NCBI GenBank assembly: GCA_003135635.1
Contig: PLCJ01000001.1
Coordinates: 8,836-72,835, forward strand
Direction: 5' to 3'
Source of the DNA: Candidatus Adlerbacteria bacterium
Lineage (GTDB): Bacteria > Patescibacteriota > Minisyncoccia > Phycocordibacterales > SBAW01
Length of the DNA: 64,000 bases
Each line of letters starts with the position of its first letter. The stretch's first letter is position 1. The position numbers and the translations under genes are program-made. The notes beneath the pieces were generated by a model. That model had not been told where the DNA came from. It made no database searches and worked only from the letters and a program-made list of their open reading frames with translations. Shown one piece after another: positions 56,544-64,000 of this stretch.

Positions 56544-58274
56544 TTACTGGGCCGCTATCCGCAAGACTTCTTCTATTGTTGTATATCCTTGTGTCGCTTT
56601 ATAGATACCATCTTCAGCAAGAGTAAGCATGCCTTCATCGTAGGCAATCTGCTGGAGATCCTGTAGATCAGTATGCTGGGTGATCATTTCCTTCATGTTG
56701 CGCGATATTGGCCATACCTCCTGCACGCCGATGCGTCCCCGGTATCCCCCGTCGCACTTCTCACAGGGCACCTGGCGGTGAAAACTAATTTCCTTCCACG
56801 GCGTATGCGGGGCCACAGCTCCACCTTCTCTCAGTGCCGCCAAAATACGGGAGGGATCTGCTACCTCTTCAATCGATTGCAACTCCGATCGTAGTGCCTG
56901 ATATGTCTCTCGTTTAGTGCAAAGTCTGCGTACGTGGGAAACCCCGATGGCTGTATGTAGAACAGATGCAATGGATAGAGGAGGCGCTACCTCTTGGAGT
57001 TTTGTGATACCTTCTGCGGTAGAAGATGCTCCAATACCTGCAAGTACCAATATGCCGCGGTTCGCTGCAGCAAGTGCGACCGTGGCCACAGCCGCATCGT
57101 CAATAGTACCCACCATGAGCACGTCGGGATCTTGTTTTGCTGCGGCACGAAGCGCTGCGACCAACGAAACGCCCATCTCAGGCTGCGCTTGTGTTTGGAC
57201 AATATGACGAAGCGGATACTTAACACGCTCTTCTACCGTGATTATGTTTTTATCAGAGGTAGCAAGAATATCAAGAAGTGTATAGAGGAGCGTTGCTTTT
57301 CCCGCCCCCAGTGCGCCACATACCATAATAAGTCCAGAGCGTTGGGCAAGAGCGTGGTGGACATTTTCAAGTGACTGTCCATGCAACCCGAGTGCCTCAA
57401 GCGTAAAGCCGGCGCGATGGGAATAGTCAGGGATAAGATGAAGCACCATCCGCTCGCCATGAGCGCTCGGGATACTTGCAAGTGTTACCAAGGCTCGGCC
57501 TGCTTCTCCTTCTAACCGAAAGCGCCCCTCTTGTGGTGACACTTCGGAAAGTGGTACCTGTGCGAGGAATTTTAAACGCAGAAGCATGCTAGTTGCTGTA
57601 GAGGGTGGCAACACCATGCTGTCGCATAATTTTCCAGCAATCCTATAGCGCACTAACAAACCGTGCTCCGTGGGATCCAAATGAATATCTGTCGCGCGAC
57701 TGCTAAGCGCATGTCGCATGAGCAGGTCAACAAGATGTGATACCGGCTGGAGCTGCGCTGCTTGAAGCACATCTTGAGGAGTGTCTGAAAAAGGGACGGA
57801 CACGTCATGAGCCACCTGCGCCATAGCATTCCCGACCGTTTGTTTGAGATATTTTTGATATTTCAGAAGAGCCATCTTCATACTTTCCGCGTCGGTCAAA
57901 CGAGGCAGGACGCGCCAGCGATCTTCTAAAAACGAAATCGCGGGTCGATCCTCAAGATCAAGAAATGCTACTTCCAGCGTATGGCCATGCGCGGCAAATG
58001 CCACCGTATGATGAGCCCGAGCAAGAGGTTCAGGAATAAGGGTGAAAACCTCAGGAGTAATATCCTCAGCGGTGAGTTTTACAAATGGTACGCCAGTCAT
58101 ATTGGCTACTGCCCGATTGAGCTCATCTGAGGAAAGAATGCCAGCGCCCACAAGTGCTTGCTCGAGAGTTTCCCGCATTTCCTCTGCGCGCTCTTGTGCA
58201 GCCGCTGCATCGGCGCGAGAGAGCATACCGCTTCCGAGTAAAAAATCAAGCAGCTGTGCTTCATCAATCTCCAT
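56544..58274 (-). CDS. GspE/PilB-family protein with degenerate ATPase motifs
   Basis: ATDIHLDP, PQEGRF, GALGAGKAT, KQDPDVLMVGTIDD, GYRGRIG. Confidence 0.85.
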   Translation of the reverse strand: MEIDEAQLLDFLLGSGMLSRADAAAAQERAEEMRETLEQALVGAGILSSDELNRAVANMTGVPFVKLTAEDITPEVFTLIPEPLARAHHTVAFAAHGHTLEVAFLDLEDRPAISFLEDRWRVLPRLTDAESMKMALLKYQKYLKQTVGNAMAQVAHDVSVPFSDTPQDVLQAAQLQPVSHLVDLLMRHALSSRATDIHLDPTEHGLLVRYRIAGKLCDSMVLPPSTATSMLLRLKFLAQVPLSEVSPQEGRFRLEGEAGRALVTLASIPSAHGERMVLHLIPDYSHRAGFTLEALGLHGQSLENVHHALAQRSGLIMVCGALGAGKATLLYTLLDILATSDKNIITVEERVKYPLRHIVQTQAQPEMGVSLVAALRAAAKQDPDVLMVGTIDDAAVATVALAAANRGILVLAGIGASSTAEGITKLQEVAPPLSIASVLHTAIGVSHVRRLCTKRETYQALRSELQSIEEVADPSRILAALREGGAVAPHTPWKEISFHRQVPCEKCDGGYRGRIGVQEVWPISRNMKEMITQHTDLQDLQQIAYDEGMLTLAEDGIYKATQGYTTIEEVLRIAAQ

Positions 58275-58439
58275 TATCTTCACATTATATACGCTACACA
58301 GGAAAATTAGAGTGACGTGCACGGGTGACACAAAGGCATTTGACATATGCGACCGTCTCATATATCATGTGTACATCTGGCAGCCGCCCTGAGGGGGCGG
58401 TTGTTTTGTGCCAGGGCATATTCATTAACCTATTTTTTT

Positions 58440-59633
58440 ATGTTCGACCTTAAAGTCATTAACTCGGTTCTGAGTGAACTTGAGCAAGAGCGTGGCATAC
58501 CGCGAGAAAAAGTTATCGAAGCGATAGAGGCTGCTCTTGCGACCGCATACAAAAAAGAATACGCAAAAAAAGGACAGATCATACGCGCACATATTGATCT
58601 TGAGACCGGCACTACTGAATTTTCGCAAGTAAAAGTAGCAGTAGATGCGTCAACCGTACGATTTTCTGAAGAAAATGAGAGCGATGCGCACAAACCAGCT
58701 CAGGGGTTGACTGATGAGGAACTTTTGCCCCACTTTAATCCTGAACAGCACATCCTTCTTTCAGATGCCAAGCTCATCAAGCGCGACGCACAGGTAGGTG
58801 ACGAGCTTATTTTCCCCCTCGAAACGAAGGGTGATTATGGGCGTATTGCGGCACAAACCGCAAAACAGGTCATTATCCAAAAAATCAGAGAAGCGGAAAA
58901 AGTTTCCATCATGGCCGAGTTCGGCAAGCGACAAGGAGAAATTATTACTGGCATGGTACAGCGCATGGAACGAGGCAATTTGTATGTGGATCTCGGACGC
59001 GCTACTGGCATTATTCCCTACAGCGAACAAATTCCCGGTGAACGCTATCGACAAGGTGAGCGTATTCGAGCACTCCTGTATCAAGTTGAAGAAAGTCTGC
59101 ATGGGATGTACTTGCGACTTTCGCGTGCACAGCCACAATTTCTTGCAAAGCTTTTTGAAGCAGAAGTGCCAGAAGTTGCACACGGTACTGTCGTGTTTAA
59201 ATCCATCGCAAGGGAGGCCGGCAGTCGCTCCAAAGTAGCAGTTGCTTCCACCGATCCCCACGTGGATCCTGTGGGTTCTCTGGTGGGCCAGCGTGGTGTG
59301 CGTGTTTCGACAGTTACCACTGAGCTTGGGGGAGAAAAAATCGACATCGTCGAATGGTCAGAAGATACAAAAAGATTTATTGAAGAAGCCCTTTCCCCTG
59401 CTCGCGTTATAGAAGTGGACATTGATGAAGCAGAGCACAAGGCAGTCGTTAAAGTCTCTGAAGATCAGCAATCCCTCGCCATCGGCAGGGGGGGTCAAAA
59501 TGTACGGCTTGCCGCAAAACTGACTGGCTGGCGCATTGATATTCAATCAATAGGCGGAGGAAAAACTGCTGAGATGACTGAGAACACTAAAGCTACAGAA
59601 GAAAAACCAACGGGGGAAATTATAAAAGAGTAA
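58440..59633 (+). CDS. nusA: transcription termination factor NusA
   Basis: GRIAAQTAKQV, AREAGSRSK, LAIGRGGQNVRLAAKLTGW. Confidence 0.97.
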   Translation: MFDLKVINSVLSELEQERGIPREKVIEAIEAALATAYKKEYAKKGQIIRAHIDLETGTTEFSQVKVAVDASTVRFSEENESDAHKPAQGLTDEELLPHFNPEQHILLSDAKLIKRDAQVGDELIFPLETKGDYGRIAAQTAKQVIIQKIREAEKVSIMAEFGKRQGEIITGMVQRMERGNLYVDLGRATGIIPYSEQIPGERYRQGERIRALLYQVEESLHGMYLRLSRAQPQFLAKLFEAEVPEVAHGTVVFKSIAREAGSRSKVAVASTDPHVDPVGSLVGQRGVRVSTVTTELGGEKIDIVEWSEDTKRFIEEALSPARVIEVDIDEAEHKAVVKVSEDQQSLAIGRGGQNVRLAAKLTGWRIDIQSIGGGKTAEMTENTKATEEKPTGEIIKE

Positions 59634-59648
59634 GATATAATCACCTAT

Positions 59649-60188
59649 ATGAATCTTTGGCACGACATACCTCTTGGTAAGAATGTTCCCGAAGAAATTA
59701 ATACTATTATTGAAATCCCGCGCGGTTCATCTAACAAGTACGAAATTGATAAAGAAACAGGCCTTATAAAATTAGATCGGGCTAATTATTCATCTGCCCC
59801 ATACCCCTTTGATTATGGGTTTGCACCCCAAACACTGTGGGAAGATAATGATCCTTTGGACGTTATGGTTCTTACAACTTATCCGCTGTTTCCGGGAATC
59901 TTAGTTGCGGTCCGCCCTGTCGGTGTTATTGAAATGATTGATTCAGGTGAATCTGATTACAAAATTATTACAGTACCAGTTGCAGACCGCAATTGGGATC
60001 ACGTGAAAGATCTATCTGATCTCAATCCTCACAGTTTGAGAGAATATCAGCACTTCTTTGAAACTTACAAAATGCTTAAAGGAAAACCAGTCTCAGTAGA
60101 AATAAAAGGTATCAAAGGTAAAGCAGAAGCACTGGAAGCAATACGGAAGTCTATAGAAATGTACCAACAGAAATTTCCAAAAAAATAG
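59649..60188 (+). CDS. ppa: inorganic pyrophosphatase
   Basis: EIPRGSSNKYE, DNDPLDV, DSGESDYK. Confidence 0.95.
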   Translation: MNLWHDIPLGKNVPEEINTIIEIPRGSSNKYEIDKETGLIKLDRANYSSAPYPFDYGFAPQTLWEDNDPLDVMVLTTYPLFPGILVAVRPVGVIEMIDSGESDYKIITVPVADRNWDHVKDLSDLNPHSLREYQHFFETYKMLKGKPVSVEIKGIKGKAEALEAIRKSIEMYQQKFPKK

Positions 60189-60203
60189 CGCTATACTTAC
60201 GGC

Positions 60204-60374
60204 ATGGATCCCTCTCCCCCACCACCTCAAAGGCACAAACGCCGAGAAGAGGTTGGGGAGATAATTGGAATAATTGTTGTTGTACTGTTATTTTTCTTTG
60301 CGGGTATATACTTTGTCATCACTGAAAAATCTCGTTTGCATACTGCGCCAGTACAAGAGCAAGTGAACTCTTAA
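60204..60374 (+). CDS. small single-TM protein (56 aa), absent from the ORF track
   Basis: MDPSPPPPQRHKRREEVGEIIGIIVVVLLFFFAGIYFV...; fills the gap between ppa and tig. Confidence 0.6.
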   Translation: MDPSPPPPQRHKRREEVGEIIGIIVVVLLFFFAGIYFVITEKSRLHTAPVQEQVNS

Positions 60375-60413
60375 TCTATTGCGACCAAGATCTCTACCTG
60401 CTAGTATCGCGCA

Positions 60414-61460
60414 ATGTCTCATGATCTTTTTTCCGATATTGCAAAAACATTTACACTTACGAAGTTACCAGACTCAGAAATAGAGCTCTCTGGCGACATC
60501 CCACCCGAAATAATCGCCCTCTACAGCAAGAAGGCACTTGAGGAGATCGCGCGTAGTCTTAAACTGCCAGGGTTTCGCGAAGGCCACGTGCCGGAGGAGA
60601 TCGCGCGCAAAAAAGTGGGTGATATTGCTGTTCTTGAAGGGGCAGTTGCGCTCTGTATAAAAGAGTTTTACCCAGTGCTTATAACTCAGAAAAACGTAGA
60701 TGCGGTAGGCCAGCCCGCTATACGCCTCACCAAACTAGCCCCTGGCAATCCCGTCGGCGTAGTCCTTAAAACAGCAGTGTACCCTGCGGTCAGCTTACCG
60801 AAAGACTGGAAAACCCTGGGCACGAAGATTCCTCCTGTTGTAGAGGGAGCAGTAACCGAGGAGGAAGTATTGAAGATGCTCACTTCTCTTCAAGAAAATC
60901 ACAAGCAAGAAAAAGGAGACGGGGCTCAAGATCTTCCCGAGATTAATGATGCATTTGCGAAATCTCTTGGGGCATTTGAAAATCTCGATGCACTCAAGAA
61001 ACAAATCAGGCAAGGCATTCAGGAAGAGAAGGAACGCGTGGCACACGATACTTATCGTGGGCATATAATCGATGCCTTACTACAAAAGGTAGTGGTTACC
61101 ATACCAAAAATTTTTGTCGAAAGTGAGCTTGATAAAATTATAGGTCAGATGCGCCAAGATATTACACGTTTCAATATGACATTTGAGGCATATCTTGAGC
61201 GTACACAAAAAACCGAGGAGAGCGTGAGAAACGAGTTTGAAGCACAAGCAGCAAAACGTGCGAAACTTCAACTTACCCTTAATAAAATTGCCGAACTGGA
61301 AAAAATTACGGCAGATACTGATGCGGTTGAGCGAGAAATGAAATATGCGTTGGAACACTTCCCTAACGCAAAGCCGGAACTTGTGCGTATTCACATTGAA
61401 ACGGTGCTACGAAATGAGAAAGCACTGCAGTTACTTGAGTCTCGGGACAAAAAAGAGTAG
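60414..61460 (+). CDS. tig: trigger factor (short, PPIase domain largely missing)
   Basis: LPGFREGHVP ribosome-binding signature; LPEINDAFAK; only 348 aa. Confidence 0.9.
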   Translation: MSHDLFSDIAKTFTLTKLPDSEIELSGDIPPEIIALYSKKALEEIARSLKLPGFREGHVPEEIARKKVGDIAVLEGAVALCIKEFYPVLITQKNVDAVGQPAIRLTKLAPGNPVGVVLKTAVYPAVSLPKDWKTLGTKIPPVVEGAVTEEEVLKMLTSLQENHKQEKGDGAQDLPEINDAFAKSLGAFENLDALKKQIRQGIQEEKERVAHDTYRGHIIDALLQKVVVTIPKIFVESELDKIIGQMRQDITRFNMTFEAYLERTQKTEESVRNEFEAQAAKRAKLQLTLNKIAELEKITADTDAVEREMKYALEHFPNAKPELVRIHIETVLRNEKALQLLESRDKKE

Positions 61461-61469
61461 AGTCGTAAC

Positions 61470-62084
61470 ATGCAAACCAAGATCATAAGAAGCCAGCTCG
61501 TGCCTATGGTAGTTGAGAAAAGCCCTTACGGAGAACGGGCCTTTGATATCTACTCTCGGCTCCTCAAAGAGCGAATTATTTTCCTTGGAGGACCAATTGA
61601 AGATCATACCGCTAACCTGGTTATTGCCCAGCTCCTCCACCTAGAATCTGAGGACCCAAAGAAAGACGTTCAGATATACATAAATTCTCCCGGGGGGTCG
61701 GTTACCGCAACACTCGCCATGCTTGATACGATGAACTACATTAAGCCCGATGTCGCTACCGTGTGTGTGGGTGTCGCTGCGTCAGGGGCAGCAATTATTC
61801 TTGCGGGAGGCGCTAAAGGAAAACGCTTCGCGCTTCCAAACGCCGAAATATTGGTGCATCAACCATGGGGCAATGCGCAGGGTCAAGCAACCGATATCGA
61901 AATAACCGCAAAGCATATCATTGCAAGTCGTAGTCGACTCAACAAAATTCTTGCGAAAGCGACTGGTAAACCTTTGGCTCAAGTTGAAAAAGACGTGGAA
62001 CGTGACTACTTTATGGATGCAGATGAAGCAAAAAAGTATGGAATTATTGACGATATTCTTACTCATAAAGGAGAGAAAAAGTAG
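61470..62084 (+). CDS. clpP: ATP-dependent Clp protease proteolytic subunit
   Basis: [28 protein letters not shown]. Confidence 0.97.
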   Translation: MQTKIIRSQLVPMVVEKSPYGERAFDIYSRLLKERIIFLGGPIEDHTANLVIAQLLHLESEDPKKDVQIYINSPGGSVTATLAMLDTMNYIKPDVATVCVGVAASGAAIILAGGAKGKRFALPNAEILVHQPWGNAQGQATDIEITAKHIIASRSRLNKILAKATGKPLAQVEKDVERDYFMDADEAKKYGIIDDILTHKGEKK

Positions 62085-62210
62085 CTATCCCCAGGCCTAG
62101 AAAATTTTTGGGCCCCAGTCCTCTATTCCTATTGCCTAATGGGAATTTTATTGCTATTGTAAAGTCGTTCGTTTTCCCTGTTTTCTTATAAAATCCTATG
62201 TTTAATCTTT

Positions 62211-63740
62211 ATGTCATTAAAATTATTGCTTGCGCTCCTGGCGTTTTCAGGAATCGTGGGAGCAGTCATCGGATACGTATTCCGCTGGCTTTTCGCTCTT
62301 GCCCGTAAAAGTTCGATAGAAGTTGAAGTCAAACAATTACTGTTTGATGCTCGCGAAGAGGCAAAAAAAATAACTACCCGGGCGGAAGAAGAATCGAGGA
62401 AGCATGTCGCAATCCTTGAGAATGAGCTGAAGGAAAAAGAAGAGAAAGTAGCTCGCATGGAAGATCGCGTTTTTAAACGCGAAGAATCTCTCGACAAGAA
62501 ACAAACTGAACTGAATGCAGAAGTGGAAGGTCTCAAGGTTCGCATTGAAGAAATAAAAGTCATTAAAGAACGCGCGAGCGTACTCCTCGCACAGCGCAGC
62601 GAAGAACTCGCAAAAGTTGCAGGACTTACGAAAGAAGAAGCAGAAGAACTTCTCTATAAGGAATTGGCCCGTGAGGGTGAGGAAGATCTTATGGTGCGCC
62701 TACAAAAACTCGAGCGCGATGGACTGGAAAAAATTGAACGCAGAGCAAAAGAAATCCTTACTACCGCTATTCACCGATTGGGTAATTCTGTTGCCTCCGA
62801 CACCATGGCGACCGCTATTACTATTCCCAATGATGAATTAAAAGGCAAAATTATCGGTAAAGAAGGCCGTAATATCAAGGCCTTTGAACGCGCGGCGGGG
62901 GTGGAAGTCATTATCGATGATACACCGGGTTCCATACTTATTTCTTCTTTTGACCCAATCCGTCGTGCCATTGCACGAGTTGCGCTTGAAAATCTTATTA
63001 TCGACGGACGTATACAACCAGCGAAAATAGAAGAAACCGTTGAAAAAGCGAAAAATGAGATCCAAAAGATTATAAAAGAGAAAGGCGAACAAGCCGCATT
63101 TGAGACGGGTGTGCTTAATCTTGATCCTCGCCTCCTTCAAATTCTTGGTCGACTCTACTTCCGTACGAGTTACGGTCAAAATGTACTTCAACACTCAATT
63201 GAAATGGCACATCTCTCTGGAATGATCGCCGAAGAGCTTGGAGCAAATCCGCAAATTGCACGTGCGGGAGCTTTGCTGCATGACATTGGCAAAGCCCTCG
63301 ACCATGATATACAAGGTACCCATGTGGAAATTGGCCGGCGCGTCCTTCAAAAATTCGGCGTAAATGAAGAAGTAGTTAAGGCTATGCAAGCGCATCATGA
63401 GGAATATCCATATGAAACAGTGGAATCAATCATTGTACAGGTTGCAGATGCTATCTCCGGAGGACGCCCTGGCGCTCGGCGAGACTCGGTTGAAAATTAT
63501 CTTAAACGTCTGGCTGACATCGAAGAAATCACAAACTCTTTCGGAGGAGTCGAGAAATCTTACGCCATTTCAGCTGGTCGCGAGGTACGCGTCTTTGTAA
63601 GGCCAGAGGAAATGTCTGATCTTGCGGCCCGCGAGTTGGCCCGCAATATTGCTCTGCGTATTGAAAATGAACTTAAATATCCAGGCGAGATAAAAGTAGC
63701 AGTTATTCGAGAGACACGCGCTATAGAGTTTGCTCGATAA
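62211..63740 (+). CDS. rny: ribonuclease Y
   Basis: TM, coiled coil, KH domain (KGKIIGKEGRNI), HD domain (LLHDIGK). Confidence 0.96.
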   Translation: MSLKLLLALLAFSGIVGAVIGYVFRWLFALARKSSIEVEVKQLLFDAREEAKKITTRAEEESRKHVAILENELKEKEEKVARMEDRVFKREESLDKKQTELNAEVEGLKVRIEEIKVIKERASVLLAQRSEELAKVAGLTKEEAEELLYKELAREGEEDLMVRLQKLERDGLEKIERRAKEILTTAIHRLGNSVASDTMATAITIPNDELKGKIIGKEGRNIKAFERAAGVEVIIDDTPGSILISSFDPIRRAIARVALENLIIDGRIQPAKIEETVEKAKNEIQKIIKEKGEQAAFETGVLNLDPRLLQILGRLYFRTSYGQNVLQHSIEMAHLSGMIAEELGANPQIARAGALLHDIGKALDHDIQGTHVEIGRRVLQKFGVNEEVVKAMQAHHEEYPYETVESIIVQVADAISGGRPGARRDSVENYLKRLADIEEITNSFGGVEKSYAISAGREVRVFVRPEEMSDLAARELARNIALRIENELKYPGEIKVAVIRETRAIEFAR

Positions 63741-63868
63741 TCGGCGAGTGTAGTTTTTACTCCAAAAATCCGCATATTGGCTTCAACACTGTATCCGGGA
63801 GTAAAAACGCTGTTTCATACTCTTGAGAGTAGTTCTCATATGCTACACTTAATCGTGGACTGTTCGCC

Positions 63869-63908
63869 CAAACCCGCTCTACGGCACAAGCCTCGGGGCG
63901 GGTTTGGT
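63869..63908. other. strong intergenic hairpin
   Basis: ccaaacccgctct...ggggcgggtttgg 13-bp stem. Confidence 0.5.
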
Positions 63909-64000
63909 GCATATTGGGAAACTTTTTTGTATATCTGTCAAAAATTTATTATCCCCGTGGCTCTATTGCAAGGTTTTTCACAATCAGTATACTTTGGGCG

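Noticed and set aside
1-64000. CRISPR array, DGR/retron, transposase, rRNA
   Set aside because: No regularly spaced repeats, reverse transcriptase, transposase motifs or rRNA signatures were seen.

Overview
This is a gene-dense 64-kb chromosomal segment whose content suggests a Patescibacteria/CPR (Parcubacteria-like) bacterium. That assignment is an inference from a secretin-less type IV pilus locus, a shortened trigger factor, tRNA-Ile(UAU) and mostly SD-less genes. From left to right it holds: a type IV pilus cluster (minor pilins, pilD, two further pilins, pilC/T/B, pilO/N/M); a divergent ECF sigma/anti-sigma pair; assorted accessory enzymes; and an operon of two DUF3494 ice-binding-like surface proteins plus a class F sortase next to tRNA-Ser. 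Next come recG, tRNA-Ile(UAU), ftsH, smpB-tmRNA, surface proteins, infC-rpmI-rplT and a compact 6S-like RNA. An interrupted str operon follows (rpsL-rpsG-[yvcK]-fusA-[5 envelope genes]-tuf-rpsJ-ndk). The right end carries rpmB, sod, rnhA, recJ, HIT, pgk, tpiA, a catalytically degenerate second pilB, nusA, ppa, tig, clpP and rny. The most notable observations are the sortase-anchored plus peptidoglycan-bound ice-binding-like protein system, unusual translation components (tRNA-Ile(UAU), altered S12 loops, non-canonical tmRNA), several unannotated structured RNAs, and the pseudo-ATPase PilB. No CRISPR array, transposase, integrase or rRNA was seen. All calls come from motif recognition by eye; no database searches were run.
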